The translations under genes were made by a program, and so were the position numbers. Positions 1 to 10,801 of a DNA stretch of 64,000 bases are shown piece after piece; the first letter of the stretch is position 1, and every line of letters begins with the position of its first letter. Source of the stretch: Porphyridium purpureum. Taxonomy: Eukaryota. The stretch is from positions 930,001 to 994,000 of the forward strand of contig VRMN01000001.1 in the NCBI GenBank assembly GCA_008690995.1. The letters run 5' to 3'. Below the pieces are notes generated by a model, which saw only the letters and a list, made by a program, of their open reading frames with translations, was not told the origin of the DNA and searched no databases.

Positions 1-914
1 CCGAAGACAGAGCCACCACCTTCTGCAAAGCCCATGAGCGTGCTCAGCAAAATATCCACGATCACGACTAGCGGAATCAGGAGGACAAGAACGTGAGGTG
101 GACGCAACGAAAGCAGGCCCTCTTTGTGCTTCAGCACCACACGCTCGATTGCGCCAAGAGGGTAAGGTTCCGGCACCGCGTATGGCTGCGATTCCCACAG
201 CTTCAACTTGCGCACGAACGACTCGCCAAGCTTCTCGCGCGCCACGGAGCACGGAGATCGGCCTTGTTCGTCCTCTGCTGAAATTGACGCGCCGTGTGAC
301 ACAAGAGCTCTGGCAGATGGAATATGCTTTTCCGAAACCGCCAGTTGCAGCGGGGTGATCTTGTCCTTTGTCTTTTCGTTAACGTCAAGGCCATGTACGA
401 GCACAAGATACTGGATGAGGCTCAGGTGGCCCTTGAAGGCGGCAAAGTGCAAAAGCGAGGAGCCACGGAAATCACGAGTGTTGACATCAGCGTTGTACTT
501 CTCTATCATTATGTGTGCGAGATCCGTGAATCCATACTGAACCGCAAACATGAGTGACGAATACCCCATAACCGTCTCTTTTTGATTGACGTCTGCACCC
601 CGTTCCAGCAGGGCCTCTGCGGCGCGTATCTCACCGCCATACGCCGCCCACATGAGCGCAGTTTGATCCTTTGTGGTCGCCTTCCATGACAAGGCGTGTA
701 TAAGCATCGGATCCGCGCGCAGAAGCACATGGATCACCTCGACGCACCCGTTGACGGCGGCCCAATGCAAGGCCGTGTGGCCATCCGAGTCGCGCACCTC
801 GCATAGCCACCCGGGCTGAACACGCGCTTGCCGCCCATTCAGCCACTCGCTCACCCGATCCACGCGCCCCCTGCGCGCCGCAAACACGAGCTCCACATTC
901 TCTGCCGCCTCCAT
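1..914 (-). CDS. Ankyrin-repeat protein with downstream transmembrane segment, probably an AKR1/TIP1-type DHHC palmitoyltransferase (runs off the left edge)
   Basis: Manual translation from ATG 914: MEAAENVELVFAARRG...DSDGHTALHWAAVNG...DQTALMWAAYGG...GADVNQKE...GSSLLHFAAFKGH...ITPLQLAVS, then hydrophobic HVLVLLIPLVVIVDILLSTLMGF. There is no stop before position 1, so it is missing from the ORF track. The DHHC domain is not visible in the window. Confidence 0.8.
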   Translation of the reverse strand, partial: MEAAENVELVFAARRGRVDRVSEWLNGRQARVQPGWLCEVRDSDGHTALHWAAVNGCVEVIHVLLRADPMLIHALSWKATTKDQTALMWAAYGGEIRAAEALLERGADVNQKETVMGYSSLMFAVQYGFTDLAHIMIEKYNADVNTRDFRGSSLLHFAAFKGHLSLIQYLVLVHGLDVNEKTKDKITPLQLAVSEKHIPSARALVSHGASISAEDEQGRSPCSVAREKLGESFVRKLKLWESQPYAVPEPYPLGAIERVVLKHKEGLLSLRPPHVLVLLIPLVVIVDILLSTLMGFAEGGGSVF

Positions 915-999
915 GTCCCAGCCCTTCCCCTGATTTATTGCAAAACCTCCTAACGCTCCTTCGTCGATCCCTCACCCAACCATCCAATACCCGGCTGAT

Positions 1000-3715
1000 C
1001 AAATTTTTAACGCGCTTGCGACTGGCCCATTCAAGCTTTCCCTGGATATCCAAACTTCTCATCATCGAACTAAATATACGCGGCACTACCGTTCGGTGCA
1101 GTCGACGTCGCTCTGCCTGGAATCCATATACCATTCTCCAGAGCATCCATTTCGACTCTGGCTCCGACTGGAATGGGAGACATGCCATCGTCTCGTTCCT
1201 TGCCCAGCGCTTCCTTCAAAGCCCATCAGCCAACATGCACCAATGTCGCCCCGGCCGTTTCCTCGAATTTGTCTCCTGGCAATATACGGAGCTCGCAGAG
1301 CACGGAGTCACAAATTCTCGCCACGATAGGCGTCCCCACTCCAGGATTCCTGTAAAACAATGCACTGCGTTGCTTTTGGCCCAGATCGTCGCCGCGCCCG
1401 TGGGCCAACGTGAAAAGGTCCGTCAGCTTCAAACACCTAGCCCTTGACCTTTTCGGCACACAGCCAATTCAATGGCTATCTTCAATCCATGGTATTACCG
1501 GGCGCGAAGCTTGAACTCCTCAGTCTCACGTTTCCTCTCATCGCTGGCACTTTGCTTGATTAGCACAGCATCCATCTTCTATTCCCCTTCGGCAATGATA
1601 GAGCAGGCTATGTCTAGACACTCAGCAGACACATAGCTCCATTCTTGCAAGCGATTCCCGAAAGTGCAAACCGGCTCGTATCCAGGACGTAGTCTCCGTG
1701 CTTTGCAGACAAAGCTCGAGCCACATAGTACAGGTCACTCGCGCACGAATATTCAATCTCATTCACCTGCTGGTGAAGGCCGTGCAATGTTGCAGCGGAG
1801 GGCGGACATCCCAGCAGAATTTCACAGAACATGGTCAAAATCTCTTCGATCAGTGGGGAGGACGAAATTGTGACACAATCGTTTGCAGTGGAGCTGCGAA
1901 GCAATCTGTCAGCATCAAAGTAAATGTTTTGCTCAGCGATTCCCGGATGCCGTTGATATCACGTGGCAGTGCGCCGACAGGGAATACGCTCTCTCCGCCA
2001 GACTTTGGCGCATCAATTGACGGCGATGCAATGACCAAGCTTCTTAGCTCTAAGTATAAATATTTAAAGCCCACCTGGAACTTTTCGTCGTTTGTCTCAA
2101 AGAGGACGCGCCTGCATAATTTTGCACAAATCTGCAAAGCAGCGGCTTGGAATATCTTCTTGCGGAGCGACTTTGTCAGGGCAATCTGCGATACCTAGCT
2201 TTTCTTGGAGGCCATGATCACAGCCACATGACACTCTTTCAGTTCAATTTTTTTTCCCCATGGCCATTTCGCTTTTTGATTCAGATCGATAATTCCCAGC
2301 GCGCTCGCGGCTTCCTTCACCTTCATTGAGTCGAATCTTTTGGGCTTCCTCCAACTTTCGCTGGGCTTCGTGTTTCCCCTTGATACTTTCCTGCTGCATA
2401 GCTCACTCGACCGCGTCACGGCCATCTGCTTCGTGCATGATAGTATCCAAGGTCTGCATGTTTGTTCTGGTCTCTAATTCTTCATTCAGTTTCGCAAGTT
2501 CCACTGCATCGGCCTTTTGCCTCAGAGCAACAGCATTCTCGGCCTCAAGCGCATATATACGACGGCGCAGATCAGCCGCATCTGCTTGGGTCATTGCATG
2601 CTTCATTTCCGCCGTATGCTCTGTACTGTGCTGCTCTTTCCGGGGCATCACCATCCAACTCCTTGCTCTGCCTGCGAGCTGCGCAAGCTCCACGCGATTC
2701 TGGTACTGCATCATTGCATTGACTGGAGTTCCAAACAAGGGCTCGAACAGATGGCCACCATCACAGCATTCCGTGATTCTCCTCGTACACTTAAGCTTCG
2801 TGTGAATCCGATCACGGCCGTGATATTTGAGGTAACAATCATCGCAACAAGCCAACCGCGATCTGCATTCACGGGAGCATCCGCCAGCTCGGAACCAGGG
2901 ATCCAAAGCAGCGCGGCCGACAAGAGGGTCATCCGGTCAAAGTCCGTCCATCTGGGTAATGTGCAGAAAGGTAAACCAAAAACTGTTTCTCCTGTTGCGT
3001 GCGATCCGACAAGATTATTCATGTCCGGCGGCCGTGAGAATTGGAAGCATTACGCAGCGTCTGTGTACTCCCGAGGATTAGAAGACCGTCACGCACTCAT
3101 GAAGCAAGAAGCACAATTCTGGCCACCGCCATTTCCAATTCGTAAGTACTAGCTTTCAATATTACATCTACTGCACCAACCCCCGCAACATGAGTCTTCT
3201 TTGTGGTCCTGGTCGATAAACATGACATTGGAAATGACGCCGCGAACATTTTCGCGCTTTGTCATGGCAGGCCCGTCCTTCAAGTCAGGATAAAGTGGGC
3301 AAAATTAAAGTCGGTATCTCAGGCCCCATTCGGTGCAGACCACTTTACCGTCCTCGTATCATGTCCTGTCAAGGTGTCTGCGCACATCTTTCTCGGCGTG
3401 TTGTACCGCCAGCGCCAACGGTAGCCCGTTAACGTCTGCCGCATCGTATCCCATCTTCTCCAAAAAATCATTTCGATCCGCGGTCTTCTCACCAGCAATG
3501 TGCTGCTTTCCAGGCTCATGGTTCCGCAGCGCCGAGATTCGCTCTAGGACACCGCAGCCAGACACGCGCTCAAATGCACCGCACTCGATCGAATTCCATT
3601 GGTGCAGCGTCATGTCGCGACACCTTGTACGCAACGCCAACGCGCAAGCTCCATGCACAAACTCAATGCGCGGCCGCGCGACGCAGCAACATGGCAGTGA
3701 CGCGAATCGCGTCAC
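1000..3715 (-). pseudogene. Decayed protein-coding relic (possible transposon-derived or dead gene) broken by stops and frameshifts
   Basis: A chain of protein-like minus-strand fragments (3359-3715, 2711-3022, 2403-2906 coiled coil, 2195-2425, 1850-2137, 1614-1904, 1226-1459). 2195-2425 and 1850-2137 share a frame separated by a single stop. The region looks less GC-rich than neighbouring genes. Confidence 0.4.
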
Positions 3716-4076
3716 GCGGAGGCCGGGAATCAGAACAGCACGCCTAGATCACACGAACCAGTCAGGGCGGTCGATGCGTGCCGATTGTGGTGGACGCGGA
3801 AAGATGCGCATACACAGGTTGTGCGGCACGAGCGTCTGCAGCGACCTAGAATTTCAAATCGACACGTTATCGAAAGTGTGAGCGACATTGCCATGTTCTA
3901 GACAGGTCGCGATGCCTGGGCGCAACGGCGTTAGTCGAATAGCCAAACGGCGCCGGCAATATTTACTTCCGCAATCATGAAGCGCAGACGATTTCCGTCT
4001 CCAGCATTCGGACCTGATACTTCAGGTGACAACCGGTGCACGGTGTCTTGGAACAACGCCGACCTTGAAGTTCGGA

Positions 4077-7000
4077 TCAGGCGCTATCTTTGTTCTTGCC
4101 AAAATGGAGCGCGAGCGTAATGGCACGGCGTACACCGATGTTGGGCCTTGGGAAGCTGATGCGCCGCTCCTCGCCGGATGTATCGAACGCATTCTTGTCG
4201 CGGTAGTCCTGCTGTGCGTGCGCAAATATAGGGTCGTCATTCTCAATGGCGTGCCAGTCGTCTAGCCCGTGCCGATCGACTCCCTGCAGCAGCGCGATAT
4301 CGTGGTGCGTCTTCCACCAATATGGAAGATCTTTGCCCTTTTTCATGTTGCCGATGATGCTGCTAAGCGCGCGACACGGAAGAATCTCGGCGCGTAAGAG
4401 TCGGAAGAAATCAAGTCTTTCTAGTAACTTGTACGCACGCTCCGCGGTAATCAAAAGCTTCTGTCCACTCGCATCAGCCGCCAGAGCGGCCGACAATGTC
4501 TGCGCCCCGGATTCGTCCAGAATCTTGTCATTGTCTGTGCCTGCTTTGCCAGTGTCAGCAGCCGCAGCGTCTATGGCTGCCCCGTCTGCATTACTCTCCA
4601 TCACGCGTTCGCATTCAGCGATCAGCGCGCGATAAGCATGCTCCAAAGTCTCTGGACTCTTGGTCTTTAGGTTACCACTGACCTTTGTCTTGAACCATAG
4701 CCAATCACGTACGCACTCGGAGTCTGCTTGTTCGCCTTCCGCTTGGCGGCTCGCTCCGCTGATTGACTTGATCCCAAACTGAGTTAAGTACTCTTCGAAT
4801 TCGACGAATTCTTTTGCCGTCAGAGGTGCTTTGTCCTCCTTCTTATTCGGTGAAAGCGGCCCCAATGGATCAAGCCCATGACCATCAACAGAATCATGCA
4901 CCAAAGATTCGGATGATCCTCTCAGCTCTACTTGTCCTTCCTTTTTAGTGGCGGTAGTTTCATGAGTATCTCCTTCGCCTGTGATATAGCAAAAGGCCTG
5001 CATGACAACAACAAGGCGAGAAACAACGGCAGAAAAGTCAGGAACGGGGCCGATGCGTCCCTGTGTCTGTGACTCATCTTCACTTACCGCATTCGTATTT
5101 TTGCTGCTCTCATGCTCATTCTGGTCCGAAGAACCTTCACCTGCGTTCGCTTTGCGGGTGACGGGGCCGCAGCGACGACTGAAGCAGAGCTCGGGATCAT
5201 TGCGGATTTCAACGTATGAACCGTACCCATGCCGAAAAATGCCCACAAGCGCGTCCGCATCGCACTGCGCATCCCACCACGGCGCCGGAAGCGCGATCAA
5301 AATCGCAGGCTTCTCTCGAATGCGATTTAAAATGCCCGGGTGCTTGACCACGCTGTTTACGCCCGACAAAAAGCAGAGCTGTTTGGCCCATAAAATTCCG
5401 AAAGCAACATCTTCGCTGCTCATGGTTTGTGCAGCGCTTTGCAGCTCGGCTTTCATGAAATGGCGTCGCTCGGTGCGCGACCAGTTTGCAGGAAGCGAGC
5501 CTTTCATCCACTTTTCGAGCACTTCACGCTCTCCCCCATACCAGCTGTGCTGTGACTCACGCTCATGCTTGTCGACTGCGACCATGCACTGACACAGAGT
5601 CGGCCAGAACATAAGCGTCATCTCAAGCTCGCTTCTCGTAGGCGGATGTGTCCCATTCGCATTCGCAGACTCCGATGCTCGCCTAGGAATGTGCGCACGA
5701 ACCATGTCCCACCGCCCATATCCAAACTTGAGAACGAAAGATCGGAGCGCCTCGCCCGGGCCGTCGTCGCGAAATTGCTGCATAAACGCATATAGTTCGG
5801 CAGGCGAAAGATGATTGAACCGCTCCAATTCTGTCTGTCGTGCTACTTTGTCTTTCTGAGACACAAACGCTCCTTTCGCATTCCGCTCTTTCTCAGCCGC
5901 TTGTTTTGAGTGTCGCACGGGCTGAAGCAAATTGCGTGAGTGCTGCCCATCATGGACGACTGGTTCCCGGAATTCGTCCTTCGCATGATGGACTTCGAGC
6001 AAAGCGGCGGCTACCTCCGCTGCAGCGCTGCCGGAGCCTTCGGTCGCATCACCACGATGACTCGCGCCGATGTCTTGCGCCTGGAGCGAGCCACTCAAAG
6101 ACTGTAGGTACATCAAACCCTCAGATTCCATGTTTTCTGAGGGAACAGGCTCCTGGAAGATCAGCAAGCACGAGCCTGCCAAAATATACGAGCCGGACTG
6201 CAGCGCCGCGGGCTCTTGTTCACCAGCAGCCAATATCCGCACTGAAATTGCGCGCTCCTTTTCATCATCACTTCCATCATCGCCGCGCTTCGAGTCCTGC
6301 TCTTGAGCGAGCACGACTTTGCACGGCTTCTCCAGTGGACCAGCCACCAAAATCGGATTTCGGCCGAGACAGCGCGTCATCCAACACTGTGCTCGGGGCT
6401 CATAGAAGATTTCGACATGCTGGCGCGAAAGGCGGTTTGTGAGGCCGATACCCAAATCAAGGATTTGGTCGACATGGTCGAATGGCGTCCAAGTAGCCCG
6501 CTGGTCAGTGGAAGCTCCCTCTGGCAACATTGAGCTGCGTCCCAGCACGACGCGCAGCTTTCGGATGGCAAGTTCAAAGTAAACGGGAGAAGCACAATTT
6601 TCCGGCTCATACAATGCACCGATAATTTTCGCGAGGCAGCCCACCTTGGCGTTGGCCAGCTGCTGGGTATTCGGGCGATAGAAGTGCCGGTCCGGGTGTC
6701 CCGCGGCAATTTTCTGGAACATGGGATGGCGCGTCGCTCGCGCCAGAGTTTCACTGACTTGCGCTTCGGAAGGCGCAACATTCCAGTCCGTGGGCCCTCC
6801 AAACGTCGTATCCGACAAGCCTGATCGCTTGTATTCAGACCACAGCGACGTTCCTTGCTGGAAACCAAGGTCCGTCACGAAGAGAAAGATCGAGTCGCGC
6901 TGCAGAACGCTCGGAGGCGCGTCGATTGTTCTGCCGCGCTTACGCGTCAGATGCGCCGGCTTCGCTCTATTCTTGGTCGCGTCCTTGAGCGCGACTCGCG

Positions 7001-7313
7001 CTCGCGCGCGCGACTGGGGCGCAGTCCCCTCTTCCGCTGCATGGCCATCCACTTTAACCTCTTGAAGCTCTGTCGTATGTCGACCGTCTGGCCGAGACCC
7101 GGCCGGCGCAGAAGCGTGGTCCGCGACACGTTGCACGTCCGCAGCTTGCACGCGCGCGCGTTTGTGTGTCGCACCAGAGGCATCACCATTCGGCGCGTGC
7201 CCTTCGTCCCGACCAGGATTCGGGACGCGCTCATGCCCACTCTCGTCATTCATCCCACTGCCAGTCATGTTATTGTGTGCGTGGTGCTCATGTCGCGCCG
7301 ACGCGTCTTGCAT
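4077..7313 (-). CDS. FHA-domain protein with CHD6-9/Kismet-like SANT/SLIDE-type C-terminal modules and no ATPase
   Basis: FHA motifs VVLGR...LSRQHVEIFY...CLGRNPILV. CHD7-like motifs FGYGRWD, PAPWWDAQCDADALVGIFRHGYGSY..IRNDPELCF and PYWWKTHHDIALLQGVDRHG. First in-frame ATG is at 7313. Confidence 0.8.
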   Translation of the reverse strand: MQDASARHEHHAHNNMTGSGMNDESGHERVPNPGRDEGHAPNGDASGATHKRARVQAADVQRVADHASAPAGSRPDGRHTTELQEVKVDGHAAEEGTAPQSRARARVALKDATKNRAKPAHLTRKRGRTIDAPPSVLQRDSIFLFVTDLGFQQGTSLWSEYKRSGLSDTTFGGPTDWNVAPSEAQVSETLARATRHPMFQKIAAGHPDRHFYRPNTQQLANAKVGCLAKIIGALYEPENCASPVYFELAIRKLRVVLGRSSMLPEGASTDQRATWTPFDHVDQILDLGIGLTNRLSRQHVEIFYEPRAQCWMTRCLGRNPILVAGPLEKPCKVVLAQEQDSKRGDDGSDDEKERAISVRILAAGEQEPAALQSGSYILAGSCLLIFQEPVPSENMESEGLMYLQSLSGSLQAQDIGASHRGDATEGSGSAAAEVAAALLEVHHAKDEFREPVVHDGQHSRNLLQPVRHSKQAAEKERNAKGAFVSQKDKVARQTELERFNHLSPAELYAFMQQFRDDGPGEALRSFVLKFGYGRWDMVRAHIPRRASESANANGTHPPTRSELEMTLMFWPTLCQCMVAVDKHERESQHSWYGGEREVLEKWMKGSLPANWSRTERRHFMKAELQSAAQTMSSEDVAFGILWAKQLCFLSGVNSVVKHPGILNRIREKPAILIALPAPWWDAQCDADALVGIFRHGYGSYVEIRNDPELCFSRRCGPVTRKANAGEGSSDQNEHESSKNTNAVSEDESQTQGRIGPVPDFSAVVSRLVVVMQAFCYITGEGDTHETTATKKEGQVELRGSSESLVHDSVDGHGLDPLGPLSPNKKEDKAPLTAKEFVEFEEYLTQFGIKSISGASRQAEGEQADSECVRDWLWFKTKVSGNLKTKSPETLEHAYRALIAECERVMESNADGAAIDAAAADTGKAGTDNDKILDESGAQTLSAALAADASGQKLLITAERAYKLLERLDFFRLLRAEILPCRALSSIIGNMKKGKDLPYWWKTHHDIALLQGVDRHGLDDWHAIENDDPIFAHAQQDYRDKNAFDTSGEERRISFPRPNIGVRRAITLALHFGKNKDSA

Positions 7314-7626
7314 CAACGCCGCCGCCCCCCTCCGCACACAACCCACCCACCCTCCTCCCGCACGACCCTCTGCATCATGCGCTTGATCCCGGCTCCTCCT
7401 GCTCCACGCGCACACGTCTCCAGTACTCCCCAGTGTACACCCACACCATCACTGTACACCCACGTACTGCACATGCGGCATGTCTTTGCCATCCTTCTCG
7501 CACCGGTGGATGTGGCTGGAATCTCGTCGGCCTCTTCCAAACCCCACACCCCGCTCAGCCGCGCCCCTTCCACAAACGACACGCGATTCGGCGTGCGGTC
7601 CACGGTTCACACCGATCGATCCATCA

Positions 7627-7629
<3 letters not shown>

Positions 7630-7657
<28 letters not shown>

Positions 7658-7704
7658 CCATTGACGCAGAAGTTTAAACCGTGTGTATGTGTGTGTGTGT
7701 GTGT
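7630..7704. repeat. (CA)n microsatellite followed by an inverted (GT)n tract
   Basis: cacaca... at 7630-7657 and gtgtgtatgtgtgt... at 7681-7704. Confidence 0.9.
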
Positions 7705-7791
7705 TCTTCCAAAGACGCGCGTACGTGTAACCAGACCGTCCTTGTATTGTGTTGTGTGTTTGTGTTTTGGTCCTTTCTCTGTGTTCTCTTC

Positions 7792-7827
7792 GTTTGGATT
7801 GTTTGGATTGTTTGGATTGTTTGGATT
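7792..7827. repeat. 9-bp tandem repeat (GTTTGGATT)x4
   Basis: Four exact copies read directly from the sequence. Confidence 0.95.
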
Positions 7828-8362
7828 GGTGCGATTTGTCAGCCAACCGCTCAACCGCCGTTAGTGTATGCTGTTTATGATTGAGTGTGTGTTTCTGCGT
7901 CACGATGTGTTGTTTGGTGTTCTTCGTGTCTCTATGAAGCGACGTCGCGTTTATACTAAGTGGTAGTTGTAATGGAGCCGCCCAAAAAACGTGGAGAAGA
8001 GAAAACAAAAAGGGGGCGCGCGCCAGCGTGGATGTTCGTATGTGTTTTTGTGTGTGTGTGTAAGAACAGTTTGGTTTGTGGGGCGAGCGCGAAGAGGATA
8101 AAGTGGGAGGGGGGGTGTGGCTGGATCAAATGTGGTGAAGTGGAAGAGAAGACACAGACGAAGGAGAAGGAGGAGAAGAGGACAAGATGGAGTATTAAGC
8201 GGAGAGGAAGGGGGGAGCGTAAGAAGGGTTGGAGTGGAAGCACACGAAGGAAACAGAATGGAGCGCAGCAGATAAAGGAGTTTGGGTTGAAGAGGGTTTG
8301 ATTGAGGACGGGGTTTGGGAGAGAGCAACGGATGCAAACAGAGAGAGAAGGGAACAGGAAAG

Positions 8363-10801
8363 ATGGAGGGATACACAGCAGGAGTTGGGTTTGAGCAGCA
8401 CGAGCGCCAGAAGGATCCGTTGGTGTTCAGGGGAGGGTTGTGGCAGCAGTATTCGGCGTCGCCACCGCATCAGCAACAGGAGTGCAGCAGTTGGGACGAC
8501 GCACAGTGCGACGACACAGCCCTAATGGCAGGGTACTACAGCTCGTCGGCATTCGTCGTGCCGGCGGTGACGACATCGCGCACAAAGCCCATCGCCATTC
8601 CGCAGAAGAAGACCAGCGACGTGTCTGCGCACGTAAGTGCCACCTCGCTGGCGTCGGTCGGCTCCACGAGCGGCGTGTCTTCATGGATGGATATGGCCGC
8701 AAAGACGTCCGCGACGTCCGCAAAGTCGATGGGCAGAAGGGAAAAGAGTGCGAAGATTGCCGGCTCTTTTTCGACTGGCCAAGGGCGACGAGCGACCAAC
8801 GATTCGTACGTGTCGGCCGCGAGGAGCTACTCGAGCGCAACGACCAAGCGATTTTTTGACGTGCCAGCGCATAGCTCCAGCGTAAGTGGCTCACAACGCA
8901 CGGCAACACAGAGCCAGCGTATTGCCGAGCTGAGTTCGCCTTTTAGCATTTTGTCTTCAGACACATGGTCGGAACAGCAGGGTTTTTTTGCGCTTGATGA
9001 CGGAGCCGCAGTCGCGCTCCCTGAAACGGACGACGTGGGCCGCGTGGGTGTTCATGCAGGCAAGACAGCGCGCGTGCTCGGACCGCGTCTGTTAAACGAT
9101 ATCGATGTACCAATGACTGCATCGGAAAGTCGTCAACACCGACTGCAGATGGGTATCCGCCAACTGAACAGCAGTGTTTCGTACCTTGGGCCCGTGGCGC
9201 GTAACAAAATTGTGCGCGCGCTCGAGCTCGTCAGTGAGTCATCGTCATCGCGGGTTTTTGCGCGCGCGCTTGCGGTTGTCAACATGCTCGCCGAGCTTCG
9301 CATGGACCTCGACGCCGTGCTCGCTGGTGCCTTGAAAGGTGCGTCAATATCCACAGAGCAGATGGAGCAGAACGTTGGGCCGGACGCCGTGCGCATTTTG
9401 CGAGACAATGCAGTTGCACAGCGCGTGTTGAATTTGACGACGCCAGACGTGGCAGAACCGCGTGCGGTGCGTGAGCTCGCACTGAAGGCTTGCGAGGACT
9501 GGCGCGCCGTTGCTCTTGAATTGGTAGATGCGGTGGTTTGCTGGCGCCTGGTGCATGCTGGTAAGCGCGACCCGGCGGCGCGCGACTTTGCACATCGCAT
9601 TCTCGACCTTTTCGCTCCCATCGCCCATCAGTTGGGCATTTGGAATTTGCAGTGCGAGTTGGAAGAAATTGCATTCGAATTTCTTTACCCAGAAGACTGC
9701 ATGCTGCTTCGGCGACTTGTAGCAGAAAAGTTGAGCGAATGTGCCGACGTTCTAGAGGACACGAAGCGTCAAGTTGAGGCGGCTCTGACGAGAAATGTCG
9801 AGGTGCGTAGCTTGGTGTCAAGCGTGCGAATCAAGGGTCGGTGCAAAGGCCTTTATTCCATCTTCAGGAAGATGCAACGGAACGCCAAATCCTTTGACGA
9901 GGTTTATGACTTACTTGCGCTTCGAATCGTGGTGGAGCCACGCTTGGCGCCGTCCGGTACGCGCGCAGATCAGGATGATATGGACGCGATTTGCTGCCGC
10001 AAAGTTTTGGATGTGATTCACTCGGAGTTTGAGCAATTCGGTAGCGGCTCGCGATTTAAGGATTTTTTGAGTTCCCCAAAGCCGAACGGTTACAAGTCTC
10101 TGCACACCACTGTGCTGGTGGGTGATCATGCGCCCATGCTCCCGTTAGAAATGCAAGTGCGTACCTCGCGTATGCATCGGCTGGCTGAGTTTGGATATGC
10201 TGCACACTGGATCTACAAGGAGAGCGTCTCGCAGTCAGACCAAGCTGTAGCCGGGCCTGGTACCTGCAGAAGAAGCGGCGCGCAACAAGGCGATACTGAT
10301 AATGATCAAGTTCCGTTTTTGCCGCGCGATGAATTTTCTTTTGCAGGAAAGGAGTGTATCTCTATGGATCAATGCGGTGACGGTCTAGCCACAGGTAGCA
10401 CTGATCTTAGCCGAGAAGGCCTTCCTGAGGACCTGTTTGAAGGCATTGATTTTCTGAACGTCGACTCGCACGCAGAATACATCTCAAAGCAGAACGAGAC
10501 GCTGCGCAAGACACACGTTGTTGTGCTGAGTGAAGGAAAGTTGCATTACGTGCGATCAGGCACAACGTTGCTCGAATTCTCGATGCGATTAGGCCTTCGA
10601 CACGATCAAATTTCAGCCCTTCGTATCAATGGGGTGCACATGCCAATCACTTATCAGCTCAAGATGAGCGACATTGTTACCTCGACAAAGTCGGTCTGCG
10701 ATGCAAATGGCGGAGCGGCAGCGGCTGGCAGTGCAGTTGTGTCGCGGCTGGTTCCGGTGAGCCACTCGCTGCCTTCGACAGAACTTCTTCATTTCGTGTG
10801 A
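8363..10801 (+). CDS. RSH: RelA/SpoT homolog (RSH), (p)ppGpp synthetase, probably plastid-targeted
   Basis: Synthetase motifs GRCKGLYSIFRKM, DLLALRIV, KDFLSSPKPNGYKSLHTTV and EMQVRTSRMHRLAEFGYAAHWIYKE; TGS-like C-terminus. An alternative start at 8525 gives MAGYYSSSAFVV, which resembles a transit peptide. Confidence 0.92.
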   Translation: MEGYTAGVGFEQHERQKDPLVFRGGLWQQYSASPPHQQQECSSWDDAQCDDTALMAGYYSSSAFVVPAVTTSRTKPIAIPQKKTSDVSAHVSATSLASVGSTSGVSSWMDMAAKTSATSAKSMGRREKSAKIAGSFSTGQGRRATNDSYVSAARSYSSATTKRFFDVPAHSSSVSGSQRTATQSQRIAELSSPFSILSSDTWSEQQGFFALDDGAAVALPETDDVGRVGVHAGKTARVLGPRLLNDIDVPMTASESRQHRLQMGIRQLNSSVSYLGPVARNKIVRALELVSESSSSRVFARALAVVNMLAELRMDLDAVLAGALKGASISTEQMEQNVGPDAVRILRDNAVAQRVLNLTTPDVAEPRAVRELALKACEDWRAVALELVDAVVCWRLVHAGKRDPAARDFAHRILDLFAPIAHQLGIWNLQCELEEIAFEFLYPEDCMLLRRLVAEKLSECADVLEDTKRQVEAALTRNVEVRSLVSSVRIKGRCKGLYSIFRKMQRNAKSFDEVYDLLALRIVVEPRLAPSGTRADQDDMDAICCRKVLDVIHSEFEQFGSGSRFKDFLSSPKPNGYKSLHTTVLVGDHAPMLPLEMQVRTSRMHRLAEFGYAAHWIYKESVSQSDQAVAGPGTCRRSGAQQGDTDNDQVPFLPRDEFSFAGKECISMDQCGDGLATGSTDLSREGLPEDLFEGIDFLNVDSHAEYISKQNETLRKTHVVVLSEGKLHYVRSGTTLLEFSMRLGLRHDQISALRINGVHMPITYQLKMSDIVTSTKSVCDANGGAAAAGSAVVSRLVPVSHSLPSTELLHFV

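Noticed and set aside
2780..2906. PHD-finger-like CSRECRSRLACCDDCYLKYH in ORF 2403-2906
   Set aside because: The ligand set is incomplete, and an overlapping frame (2711-3022) reads equally protein-like. It may be an off-frame artefact within the relic.
7792..7827. Short repeat array as a CRISPR or telomeric repeat
   Set aside because: The 9-bp units are contiguous with no spacers, no cas genes are present, and the unit is not a recognised telomere repeat.
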